From a virus (Duplodnaviria; Heunggongvirae; Uroviricota; Caudoviricetes): DNA of 7,043 nt. The stretch lies in the IMG/VR virus record IMGVR_UViG_2651869755_000013. The stretch is one strand, 5' to 3'. Positions 1 to 6,739 of this stretch are shown here, one piece after another. Each line of letters opens with the position of its first letter. The stretch's first letter is position 1. A program made the translations under genes and the position numbers. The notes under the pieces are model-generated. The model was not told the DNA's origin, did no database searches, and was given only the letters and a program-made list of their open reading frames with translations.

Positions 1-248
1 TTCGTGCAGTCTGTCTCGGAAAGAAAAACTTTATGTTCTTTGGCAGCGATCACGGCGGCGAGCGTGGAGCACTGTTGTACGGGCTGATCGGCACCTGCCG
101 TCTGAACGGTATCGATCCGGAAGCGTATCTGCGCCATATCCTGAGCGTACTGCCGGAATGGCCTTCCAACCGAGTTGACGAACTCCTGCCATGGAACGTA
201 GTACTCACCAATAAATAAGCGTCAATACGGTGCTCCGTTGACGCTTAC
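1..248 (+). mobile_element. IS66-family insertion sequence, right-hand terminal portion (partial; element continues upstream of the window)
   Basis: Transposase C-terminal ORF ends at 218. Sequence 242-248 is CGCTTAC, the reverse complement of the GTAAGCG terminus typical of IS66-family inverted repeats. Homology to phage gene C begins immediately at 249. A 9-bp hairpin (217-225 / 238-246) sits inside the terminal repeat. Confidence 0.7.
3..218 (+). CDS. IS66-family transposase (TnpC-like), C-terminal fragment; 5' end lies outside the window
   Basis: Open frame runs from the window edge to TAA at 216-218. The translation (FGSDHGGERGALLYGLIGTCRLNGIDPEAYLRHILSVL...VDELLPWNVVLTNK) matches the conserved C-terminal motifs of IS66-family transposases as I recall them (GSDxGGER, KLNGxDP, ELLPWN). 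Confidence 0.8.
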   Translation, partial: RAVCLGKKNFMFFGSDHGGERGALLYGLIGTCRLNGIDPEAYLRHILSVLPEWPSNRVDELLPWNVVLTNK

Positions 249-390
249 GTACCTGCTGTTGTGGTACCGAAAGACTTGCTGCCCCCATCTCGCGCCCGAG
301 CGCGCAAAAGAAAACCCGCGCATAGGCGGGCTCCAGAAGCAGCGGTTCATTGAATGCTGCGGCAATAATGTGTGAAAGATTACGTCTCAC
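249..390 (-). pseudogene. C: Head gene C (lambda gpC-like prohead protease/scaffold), 5' stub of about 47 codons truncated by the IS66-family insertion
   Basis: Translation from a GTG at 390 (RRNLSHIIAAAFNEPLLLEPAYARVFFCALG...) matches the lambda gpC N-terminus. Similarity ends near 250 and the frame then reads into the IS terminus and stops at 205. The start overlaps the portal gene 3' end as in lambda. Confidence 0.7.
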
Positions 391-1972
391 GTGGTGTTGT
401 CTCCTCTTCCGGCCTGCGACTCTCCGCTATCTGCTGCTGATACGCCTGCGCTATCCACACCGGACGTGAGAGTCCGGCTTTTTCCCGCTCTGCAGATTCC
501 CTGACCTGCTGGCGGAAAATGTCCTGATAATCCTCGCCCATCAGCGCCAGCTCTTTCTCATACGTGCTCAGTCCGGCCTCAATGCGCATCACTGATTCCT
601 GAACCTCCTTGAGCCCGTCAATGGCCATTCTTCCGGCTCCAATCCACTCAGCCCGTGACCAGGCTGATCGCGCCTGATAAAAATCAAAACGTGCCCGTGG
701 CGGACGAATAATCCCCCGAAGAAGTGCCTCTTCCAGCCAGCAGGAAAACATCTGCGTGGCCAGCCGGGACGCAATAAATTTTCGCCGCCCCATAAAATAG
801 CGCCACGACTCATTGGCGGATGCGCGGGCACTTGAATAACTGACCTTCGAGTAATCACGGGACAACTGTTCGTAGGAAACGCCAAGACCGGCGGCGATAT
901 ACCGCAGCAGCGCCTGTTCAAGCGCCGAAAATCCATTGTCTGAATCCTGCGCGGTCTGAAGTTTCAGATCATCACCGGGGAAAAGGTGCGGAATTTTGAC
1001 ACCGCCCAGCGTCACGCTATTCGTGTCATACCAGGTGGAGAACTTATCCAGAATATTAATAAGCGGATTATCCTTCTGCCCCTGCGGCGCACCGGCGATA
1101 TATTCAAAGGCCTTTTCGGTATCAAGGTCACTTTCAATCGTCGCTGCATACATCGCCTTCACTATGGCCGACTGAAGCTGTGTTGCCTGCAGGGAATCGA
1201 GCATCTTCAGCCGTTCCATTACGCTGTAAAACTGATTGGCTCCACGGGTCTGCCCGTCCTCCACCGGCTCGAAAATATGCAGCATGGCCGGACGCCCGGT
1301 GGGAAGTTCACGCGGGATCCGTTCCCATCGTCCACTCCCAGAGAACGGAAAATCATCCTCACAGATATGGTACGCAACGGCACGACCATATCGATCGACC
1401 TCCACACCGGCCCGCAGAAAACGGTTCCCCATACCGTGTCCTGGCGTGTCCACCCGTTTCGGACTCACGGCTTTAAAACGCGTACGAAACAGTTGCGTGC
1501 TCTCCGTATCCCAGACCGGCTGCACAAAGATTTCGCCGTTAAACGCATGAACGCCCACACCTTCACGGATAAATTCCGTAAACGTGCGTTTCCCTTCCAC
1601 GTCGATCTCGCCAAACATCCCTTCGGCGTATTCCGACCAGGCCGCCTCCACCTCATCGACAAAACTTTTTGCCGCAGTCTCCCGCATCCCCAGCCAGCGC
1701 CAGTTCGGACGGTAGCTGATCAGAAACATATGCCCGACAATATGATCCTTATGCAGGGCCACCGCATTAGCCGCTATCCCGTTATTGCGCACCAGATCAT
1801 CTGCCCGGGCATTCCCCAGACGCAACGCAGGCAGCAGGGCTGCATCGGCACTCTGCGCCGGTGGCAACCACTCCGCCATTTGCCCGCCAAATCCTGCGCC
1901 GCCCCCGTTGTAGCTGAGACTCTCACGAAGCGGAACGCCGTTCACATCAATCAGGACAGGCGTTCGTTTCAT
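380..1972 (-). CDS. B: Portal protein (lambda gpB-like), 530 aa, apparently intact
   Basis: The translation (MKRTPVLIDVNGVPLRESLSYNGGGAGFGGQMAEWLPPAQSADAALLPALRLGNARADDLVRNNGIAAN...) is near-identical to lambda gpB over the N-terminal region and of similar length (lambda 533 aa). The ATG overlaps the W stop (ATGA). Confidence 0.95.
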   Translation of the reverse strand: MKRTPVLIDVNGVPLRESLSYNGGGAGFGGQMAEWLPPAQSADAALLPALRLGNARADDLVRNNGIAANAVALHKDHIVGHMFLISYRPNWRWLGMRETAAKSFVDEVEAAWSEYAEGMFGEIDVEGKRTFTEFIREGVGVHAFNGEIFVQPVWDTESTQLFRTRFKAVSPKRVDTPGHGMGNRFLRAGVEVDRYGRAVAYHICEDDFPFSGSGRWERIPRELPTGRPAMLHIFEPVEDGQTRGANQFYSVMERLKMLDSLQATQLQSAIVKAMYAATIESDLDTEKAFEYIAGAPQGQKDNPLINILDKFSTWYDTNSVTLGGVKIPHLFPGDDLKLQTAQDSDNGFSALEQALLRYIAAGLGVSYEQLSRDYSKVSYSSARASANESWRYFMGRRKFIASRLATQMFSCWLEEALLRGIIRPPRARFDFYQARSAWSRAEWIGAGRMAIDGLKEVQESVMRIEAGLSTYEKELALMGEDYQDIFRQQVRESAEREKAGLSRPVWIAQAYQQQIAESRRPEEETTPRET

Positions 1973-2175
1973 AACCTCACTCCCAGCGGACGACGGCGAC
2001 GTCGGGTTGTCCCCAGTACCGACTCCGCATCATTGATCGCCCGGTTAAGCTCATCCAGAGAAGCCTCCGTATATTCAATTCTGCGACCATCTTTCTGGAC
2101 AGACACCACCCGTTTACCGGTTAATAAATCAAGGCGCGCCTGACGCAGCGCCTGCAGTTCAGCGACTGTAACCAT
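1969..2175 (-). CDS. W: Head-tail joining / head completion protein (lambda gpW-like), 68 aa
   Basis: A 68-aa ORF between terminase large subunit and portal, in the same position and of the same size as lambda W, with a GKRVxxVQKDGRR motif and Arg-rich C-terminus. SD GGAGGAG lies upstream of the ATG at 2175. It overlaps the A 3' end by 17 nt and the B start by 4 nt. Confidence 0.85.
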   Translation of the reverse strand: MVTVAELQALRQARLDLLTGKRVVSVQKDGRRIEYTEASLDELNRAINDAESVLGTTRRRRRPLGVRL

Positions 2176-4087
2176 TCACTCCTCCGGACAGCTTCGCTGC
2201 CAGTTCTTTAAGGGTTGGCCGGGTCGTCTCTTCTTCCCGGGATTTTGCCAGTACAGCCAGATCAAGCTGCCAGCGTTGCACGGACACACGTAATGCCGCA
2301 TAGGCATACACCAGGCAGTCCAGCGCTTCGTTACGCCGCTTTTTGTTATCCCACAGCAGACGCATCTTTCCTTTTTCCCACTTCTCCACAAGCTCTTCCG
2401 CGACCAGTTGCTGCGCCTCTGTCTGCGAAAAAATCTCCGGATCATCAGGAAAACGGATGGCATACGACGTGGCTTCATCCGCAGGAGTGGGATCGGCTTT
2501 CATACGGGCATAGAGAATTTCTTTTGCGGTGTCCGTCCCCACTTCACACAGATACACGCCCCGCTGATTGCGGGTTTTCGGCATGGTGATCACCGGCTTG
2601 CCATAGACAGATGCGCCTTTTACCGGCAGCACCCGGAAAACACCGTGTTTTTTTGACCTCTGATAGACAATTTCACCATCGATCCCCCCGGTGTCCCAGC
2701 AGACACGGGAAATGGTCATTTCGGTTCCGTCTGCATGGCAGTATTTTTTGTTGATCGCCGCATCCACACGTAACAGCGTCTCTTCCTCATCGGGACGGCC
2801 CATAATGATGATTTTATCCACCAGAAAAGCTTCCTCTCCCGGTGCCCATCCCCAGACATACATCTCAAAACGGTTTCGCTGCGAGTCAATGCCCGCCGTC
2901 AGATAAACCACCCGGGCTGGCACCGCCGCCGTGTAATGCACGACCTTATCCATCAGTACCTGGTGATCGAGTTTTTCGCCCACGGCCTCTTCCCAGGTCT
3001 CGCCCAGCGTGGTGTTCACAAAGGTTTTCAGGCCGTTGGGATCTTTCAGTGCATCCAGCCAGTCATAGACTATCTGTACCCAGGTGGTGAACGGACTGTA
3101 CGCCGTCCAGATATGGAACGTGATGGAGCGCGGCGGCGGAATTTCATTATCCGCGGCGCTGAAAAACGTCAGACCGTCACGGGTCCACATCCCCGTGTTT
3201 TCACAGATCCACCGCCCGTTGCTCTGGTCAAGCTCAGACTGATGGATCACGCAGCCATGATGTTCACAGAGGTAGAAAACGCTTTCGGGGCTGTCCTTCT
3301 CCCATTTAAGGCCAAAAGGCGTGGATTCATCGCCAAATTTCAGATACTGCTCCTCCCCACAGTGTGGGCAGGGCACATAAAAACGCATGAAATGCGCCGA
3401 CTCGTTGGCCGCTTTTTCGATCTGGCAGGTGCCTTTGATTTTAGGCGTCGAGCCGCGAATGGATTTGGGCCATACAGAGCCCTCAATACGTTTATCCCCA
3501 AGCAGGGTTGGCGACCCCTCTTTTTCGACATCCGGTTCGAACGAGGAAAGTTCGTCATAGCAGACCACGTCCACGGATTTTTCACGGTAGTTTTTAGCGG
3601 CAGCCCCGCCCAGGCACCAGAAGCCCACGCCCGATGAAAAACGTTTCAGCGTGAGGGTATTATCACGATGTTTACGCCCAAACCACGGTGCAAGATCGAG
3701 TAAAACCGGCACATCCCTGATCGTGGGTTCCACATGAGATTTCATAAAATCTTCAGCAGCAGAATCCGTGGGCTGGAAAAGAAGGCTGTTGCGTGATTTA
3801 TGCTCAATAAAATAAGCCTCCACTCCCAGCAACATCTTTGTATAACCAACACGGGCAGATTTAATCAGATTAACAGTGCGGATCCGGTCATTCCCCATGC
3901 TGTTCATGATGGCAACCTGAAACGGCAGTGTTTCCCACCGCCCCGGGGTGTAAGATGACTCTTTCGGAAGGTAATAATGTCGATCTGCCCACTGAACTGT
4001 CGTCAGAGGGACAGGAATTTTTAGCGCAAGGAGGCCGGTTGCTATCGCTCCTGCAGAATTAGCCGCCCTCAGTTCGTCTGAAATCAT
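2159..4087 (-). CDS. A: Terminase large subunit (lambda gpA-like), about 642 aa
   Basis: Strong lambda gpA similarity from [27 protein letters not shown] through the ATPase and nuclease regions ([74 protein letters not shown]). I place the start at ATG 4087 ([10 protein letters not shown]...), which has an AGGTGG SD 4 nt upstream and gives a 29-nt overlap with Nu1, close to the 26-nt overlap in lambda. The track's longer ORF to 4129 has no SD. Confidence 0.95.
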   Translation of the reverse strand: MISDELRAANSAGAIATGLLALKIPVPLTTVQWADRHYYLPKESSYTPGRWETLPFQVAIMNSMGNDRIRTVNLIKSARVGYTKMLLGVEAYFIEHKSRNSLLFQPTDSAAEDFMKSHVEPTIRDVPVLLDLAPWFGRKHRDNTLTLKRFSSGVGFWCLGGAAAKNYREKSVDVVCYDELSSFEPDVEKEGSPTLLGDKRIEGSVWPKSIRGSTPKIKGTCQIEKAANESAHFMRFYVPCPHCGEEQYLKFGDESTPFGLKWEKDSPESVFYLCEHHGCVIHQSELDQSNGRWICENTGMWTRDGLTFFSAADNEIPPPRSITFHIWTAYSPFTTWVQIVYDWLDALKDPNGLKTFVNTTLGETWEEAVGEKLDHQVLMDKVVHYTAAVPARVVYLTAGIDSQRNRFEMYVWGWAPGEEAFLVDKIIIMGRPDEEETLLRVDAAINKKYCHADGTEMTISRVCWDTGGIDGEIVYQRSKKHGVFRVLPVKGASVYGKPVITMPKTRNQRGVYLCEVGTDTAKEILYARMKADPTPADEATSYAIRFPDDPEIFSQTEAQQLVAEELVEKWEKGKMRLLWDNKKRRNEALDCLVYAYAALRVSVQRWQLDLAVLAKSREEETTRPTLKELAAKLSGGVNGYSR

Positions 4088-4607
4088 CAATCCACCTGCG
4101 CACATTCTCACCGGCTTCAGAAGCCACATCGGATGCTTTCGCGATTTCAGTTTTCACAGCATCAAGATGTACGGGTGATATATCAGGGTATTTACGCTGC
4201 AGTGTCTGAGGGACACGGACAAGGATCCCTGATATATTCTGTGCCACTCGCTGAAAGATGTAGGTAAATAACTCCGTCTCGAGGACAAGGCCTTCCTCAC
4301 GAGCATTTTTCAGCTCCTGTGCATCGGCCTGTGCCTTCGTCAGTCGGTAACGTTCGTAATCAATGGTGCAGGGCTGAAGGTCTGATTCGCTGGCAGCCCT
4401 CAAATCCTCGATCTCTTTACGGAGTTTTTCGTTTTCAATATCAGCTTCCCTCTGCGCATACCACTGAATGGCAGCAGTTGTATCAAAAACTGATTCAGTC
4501 CCTTTCCCTCCACCAGAAACTAGTGGTAACCCCTGACTCTGCCAGGCGGTGATGGTCCTGACATCAACGCCAAAAATATCGGCCAGTTTTTTCTTATTGA
4601 CGTTCAT
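4059..4607 (-). CDS. nu1: Terminase small subunit (lambda gpNu1-like), 182 aa
   Basis: The translation ([29 protein letters not shown]...GGGKG...[48 protein letters not shown]) matches lambda Nu1, including the N-terminal wHTH region and the ATP-binding segment. A GGGGGAG SD precedes the ATG at 4607. It lies about 170 bp from cosN, as in lambda. Confidence 0.92.
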   Translation of the reverse strand: MNVNKKKLADIFGVDVRTITAWQSQGLPLVSGGGKGTESVFDTTAAIQWYAQREADIENEKLRKEIEDLRAASESDLQPCTIDYERYRLTKAQADAQELKNAREEGLVLETELFTYIFQRVAQNISGILVRVPQTLQRKYPDISPVHLDAVKTEIAKASDVASEAGENVRRWIDDFRRTEGG

Positions 4608-4624
4608 ACACTCCCCCGGGAACC

Positions 4625-4745
4625 AGAAAGGATCTGAAAATGGCGTTTTCTAACAAAAACAGCCTTTGTCAGATCCTTTTATATTTTTAAAATTCTATTG
4701 ATAATCAATCAGTTAAAAAGAAGAAGAACGGATCTGATTTTTCCC
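4625..4745 (-). other. cosB-like region: three copies of a GGATCTGA motif (R1 4630-4637, R2 inverted 4669-4676, R3 4730-4737) with an IHF-consensus site (4703-4715) between R2 and R3
   Basis: The repeats are visible directly: GGATCTGA at 4630-4637 and 4730-4737, and TCAGATCC at 4669-4676. AATCAATCAGTTA at 4703-4715 fits the IHF consensus WATCAANNNNTTR. The arrangement (R3 and R1 direct, R2 inverted, IHF site between R3 and R2, all between cosN and Nu1) mirrors lambda cosB. Confidence 0.6.
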
Positions 4746-4776
4746 TAAAAATTTTCATAAATAGCGAAAACCCGCG

Positions 4777-4788
4777 AGGTCGCCGCCC
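4777..4788 (-). other. cosN: 12-nt cohesive-end sequence (minus strand GGGCGGCGACCT), the terminase nicking site; cosQ-like flank at about 4789-4823
   Basis: The reverse complement of 4765-4800 reads CGACCGGTTACGGGGCGGCGACCTCGCGGGTTTTCGCT. This contains the exact lambda left cohesive end GGGCGGCGACCT followed by CGCGGGTTTTCGCTATTTATGAAAATTTT, as at the lambda left end, and is preceded by ...GGTTACG as at the lambda right end. Confidence 0.85.
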
Positions 4789-4823
4789 CGTAACCGGTCG
4801 GATCGCCGGAAAGGACCCACGAA

Positions 4824-4840
4824 ATGATAATTATTATCAT
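4824..4840. promoter_or_regulatory. Perfect 17-bp palindrome ATGATAATTATTATCAT; its core TGATAATTATTATCA matches the Fur-box 7-1-7 consensus TGATAATnATTATCA
   Basis: The 8-1-8 palindrome was verified base by base. It lies about 35 bp beyond cosN on the right-end side of the phage and about 155 bp upstream of the plus-strand RHH ORF. The TGATAA/TTATCA motif recurs nearby (4852-4857, 4956-4961). Confidence 0.35.
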
Positions 4841-4994
4841 CTATATAAGGTTTATCACAACATGTGTGTACGCCATCAAACCACGAGAAATAATCAATTA
4901 TGACGCAGGTATCGTATTAATTGATCTGCGTCAAATTAACGTAAAAGCAACTTCAGATAATACAAATCAGCAACACTGAATATGGGGAAACATT

Positions 4995-5180
4995 ATGTCA
5001 TCAAAGAACAGAACCCGCAGAACAACAACCCGCAACATCCGATTTCCAAACCAGATGATTGAACAAATTAACATCGCTCTTGATCTGAAAGGTTCAGGAA
5101 ACTTTTCAGCGTGGGTTATTGAAGCCTGCAGAAGAAGGCTGTCAACAGAGAGTTCGGGTATGAATTACATAATTAAGTAA
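4995..5180 (+). CDS. Small (61 aa) predicted ribbon-helix-helix (CopG/Arc/MetJ-like) DNA-binding protein, transcribed opposite to the phage late genes
   Basis: ATG at 4995 has a GGGGAA SD-like sequence 6-7 nt upstream. The sequence pattern is a basic N-terminus (SSKNRTRRTTTR), a short beta-strand-like NIRFP, then two helices (NQMIEQINIALDLKG, NFSAWVIEACRRRL), typical of RHH folds. Fold assignment is by eye only. Confidence 0.5.
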   Translation: MSSKNRTRRTTTRNIRFPNQMIEQINIALDLKGSGNFSAWVIEACRRRLSTESSGMNYIIK

Positions 5181-5803
5181 CATGGTGTTCACAGAACACG
5201 CAGTTACCGGACACATCAGTTTTCCATTCGCTCCCTGGCAGTACAGGCTTCCCCTCTGACGGGATAGCCTGAAAAAATAACACAGAAAATTATTTGTTAT
5301 AATTAATATAACTTACTCAAAAAAAAGCGACGAGAAAATCAGCATCAACGAACAATAAGCGCCAATACGTGATAACAAATGGCAGCCATATTTATCTGCA
5401 GTATAAGCAATGGACAGGATAACCACTCCAGAAACCGTCAGCATAAAATCCATTTGAACTTCCCCGGACAAAATCGACTCATCTAAAGATTTACAGCTCT
5501 TTTTATTATCAATATGTTAAAAGTAAAATAAACAGATGTTCAATAACACGAATACAAAAACGTGCTGAAATTCAATGAATCCATTTCTGTGTCATCAATT
5601 AATAGTGATAAACATCCGGCTTCTTCCACCATCGCACCGGACAGGCGACTATGAGGGGACAACGCCGCGCTCCGTTAACGCGGTAAACCCCGGTGTGTGT
5701 CGTTTTTGATTATCCCCGCACACTCGCGCAGAGGAGTCTCCCTGTCGGGCTGCGGTCTCTGTTAATGCGGGGATACGGCGACAATACCGCGCATCAGCAA
5801 AAC

Positions 5804-6277
5804 CTATTTCAGGCACTGAGTGCGGATATAGTCCTGCGCCCCTTCCAGCTGCTTCTGCATCAGCATCAACCGTTCTCTGAGAGTGAAATAATCCCGTTCA
5901 GCGGTGTCTGCCAGTTGGGGGCCGGTTGCATTATCCACGCGGGCGGTGCCGGTGGCTTCACGCACGGGACCTGGACAGGTGGCGTTGATACGCAGGCGCT
6001 TACGACCAGCGGCAACGTCAGCGCGAAGAGTTTCATTTTCAGCTCTCGCATCGGCTAATTCCCTCGAGTATTTTGCATCGAGCGCAGCAACATCGCGCTG
6101 GCGCACCTGCATATCAGTAATGGTTGCGTTCGCCAGCTTCAGTTCACTGGCTTTGTTATCGCGCTGCGCTTTGTAGGTAATCGCGTTATCACGGTAATGG
6201 TCTGTTGCCATCCACAGCGCTCCACAGGCCACCAGCAGAATAACGATAAACGCGGAAAGCATTCGGTTTATGTTCAC
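5804..6277 (-). CDS. Rz: Rz i-spanin (inner-membrane spanin subunit), 157 aa from GTG at 6277 (alternative ATG at 6262)
   Basis: The translation (...[69 protein letters not shown]...[41 protein letters not shown]) is highly similar to lambda Rz, with an N-terminal TM segment. The GTG start overlaps the stop of the upstream small ORF (GTGA). Confidence 0.9.
   Translation of the reverse strand: MNINRMLSAFIVILLVACGALWMATDHYRDNAITYKAQRDNKASELKLANATITDMQVRQRDVAALDAKYSRELADARAENETLRADVAAGRKRLRINATCPGPVREATGTARVDNATGPQLADTAERDYFTLRERLMLMQKQLEGAQDYIRTQCLK
5866..6051 (-). CDS. Rz1: Rz1 o-spanin (outer-membrane lipoprotein subunit), 61 aa, embedded in the +1 frame of Rz
   Basis: Lies entirely inside Rz in another frame. 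Signal peptide with lipobox (LPLVVSAC) followed by a Pro-rich mature region ([26 protein letters not shown]), closely matching lambda Rz1. Confidence 0.85.
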   Translation of the reverse strand: MRELKMKLFALTLPLVVSACVSTPPVQVPCVKPPAPPAWIMQPAPNWQTPLNGIISLSENG

Positions 6278-6405
6278 CCCAGCAGCCCCGACGAAGACAA
6301 CATCATCCAGGCCATGGAAAGAAAAAGAGCAACCAGCATTAGTGAAAATGAAATGCCGACAATTACACAGAGGATCTTCGCCAGCGTTATGAGTTTGTCT
6401 GACAT
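6274..6405 (-). CDS. Hypothetical 43-aa hydrophobic single-TM peptide ([43 protein letters not shown]), translationally coupled to Rz
   Basis: ATG at 6405 is preceded by a strong SD (AAGGGAGGA) at 7-nt spacing. The TGA stop overlaps the Rz GTG start. The gene occupies the position where a lambda-type cassette has its endolysin gene, but it is far too short and too hydrophobic to be one. The track's 73-aa version includes an N-terminal extension with no SD. Confidence 0.5.
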   Translation of the reverse strand: MSDKLITLAKILCVIVGISFSLMLVALFLSMAWMMLSSSGLLG

Positions 6406-6419
6406 GCTTAATCCTCCCT

Positions 6420-6602
6420 TCACGATTTCAACGCAATGACCAGTTTTGCCAGCCCATACAGCATCGGGGACACAGCAACACCGACCGCCACCCACTTAAT
6501 GGCAAAAGCCAGTGCTCTGCTGATGTCATCAGTTACAGGCGCTTTCAGTTCAAGGCCGTTTTTCATAGTCAACCTCAACAGAATTCGTTTATACTTTTCC
6601 AT
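6420..6602 (-). CDS. Hypothetical 60-aa protein with a charged N-terminus and a C-terminal TM segment ([60 protein letters not shown]); candidate holin-like or lysis-regulatory membrane protein
   Basis: ATG at 6602 has an AGGGAGAA SD upstream and is the first gene after the terminator hairpin. Codon usage looks E. coli-like (CTG-rich). The stop is 14 nt upstream of the next ORF's start. I do not recognise similarity to lambda S or phage 21 S. Confidence 0.45.
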   Translation of the reverse strand: MEKYKRILLRLTMKNGLELKAPVTDDISRALAFAIKWVAVGVAVSPMLYGLAKLVIALKS

Positions 6603-6636
6603 GTTCTCCCTTGCCTTATCCAAGGTCAGAAACACA

Positions 6637-6677
6637 AAACCCCGCTTGCAGCCAACAAACGGGGTTTTTACTTTTAT
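6637..6677 (-). terminator. Intrinsic terminator-like hairpin with U-tracts on both strands (tR'-like on the late-gene strand)
   Basis: Stem CCCCG (6640-6644) pairs with CGGGG (6660-6664) and extends by A/T pairs (6637-6639 with 6665-6667). On the minus-strand RNA the stem is followed by UUUUGUGUUUCUG; on the plus strand by UUUUUACUUUUAUU. It sits about 35 bp upstream of the 60-aa ORF. Confidence 0.5.
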
Positions 6678-6739
6678 TCACTTAGGTTTTGCCAGTTCTC
6701 AGGATTTCGTGTTATCCGTCCGCATTAGCCAACGTCATT

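Noticed and set aside
589-936. 115-aa minus-strand ORF
   Set aside because: Lies inside the portal gene in a different frame on the same strand, with no start signals and an Arg/Pro-rich translation. It is a frame-shadow ORF.
986-2143. 385-aa plus-strand ORF (and the 98-aa and 104-aa plus-strand ORFs at 1180-1550)
   Set aside because: Entirely antisense to the portal gene, which has a near-identical match to lambda gpB. The translation is Arg/His/Pro-rich and low-complexity, typical of a spurious open frame opposite a GC-rich gene.
2176-3637. Plus-strand and alternate-frame ORFs within the large terminase gene (2176-2478 minus, 2215-2589, 2408-2656, 2691-2906, 2842-3090, 2936-3637, 3340-3585)
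   Set aside because: All overlap the terminase large-subunit coding sequence, which is strongly supported. None has a credible SD or recognisable domain.
4088-4129. Upstream in-frame ATGs at 4129 and 4105 as start of the large terminase
   Set aside because: Neither has an SD. ATG 4087 has AGGTGG at appropriate spacing and gives a Nu1/A overlap like lambda's. The extension would add a Cys/Gly-rich leader that does not match gpA.
4319-4552. 77-aa plus-strand ORF
   Set aside because: Antisense to the Nu1 gene; no support.
4900-4965. Sigma70 promoter for the RHH ORF
   Set aside because: Several AT-rich hexamers (TATTAA at 4915-4920, GATAAT at 4956-4961) are present, but none has a convincing -35 at 16-18 bp spacing. 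Left unannotated.
5182-5259. 25-codon plus-strand ORF starting at the ATG overlapping the RHH ORF stop, considered as a possible toxin partner
   Set aside because: No SD, and no resemblance to a toxin family that I can see. It is too short to call from sequence alone.
5711-5775. 10-bp inverted repeat (TATCCCCGCA / TGCGGGGATA) separated by 45 nt just downstream of Rz, considered as the late-operon terminator
   Set aside because: No U-tract follows it on either strand and the loop is very long. It may be a structural or protein-binding element, but I cannot support a terminator call.
5693-6058. 121-aa plus-strand ORF, and the 90-aa plus-strand ORF at 5904-6176
   Set aside because: Both are antisense to Rz/Rz1, which match lambda spanins closely. 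Nothing in the sequence requires a gene there, though a decayed bor-like gene in the non-overlapping part (5693-5803) cannot be fully excluded without a search.
6406-6495. N-terminal extension of the 43-aa ORF to a 73-aa ORF ([14 protein letters not shown]...)
   Set aside because: The extension overlaps the 3' end of the 60-aa ORF in another frame, is Cys/Gly-rich and has no SD, whereas the internal ATG at 6405 has a near-consensus SD. The possibility that the two ORFs derive from one frameshifted ancestral gene is kept as a hypothesis in the findings.
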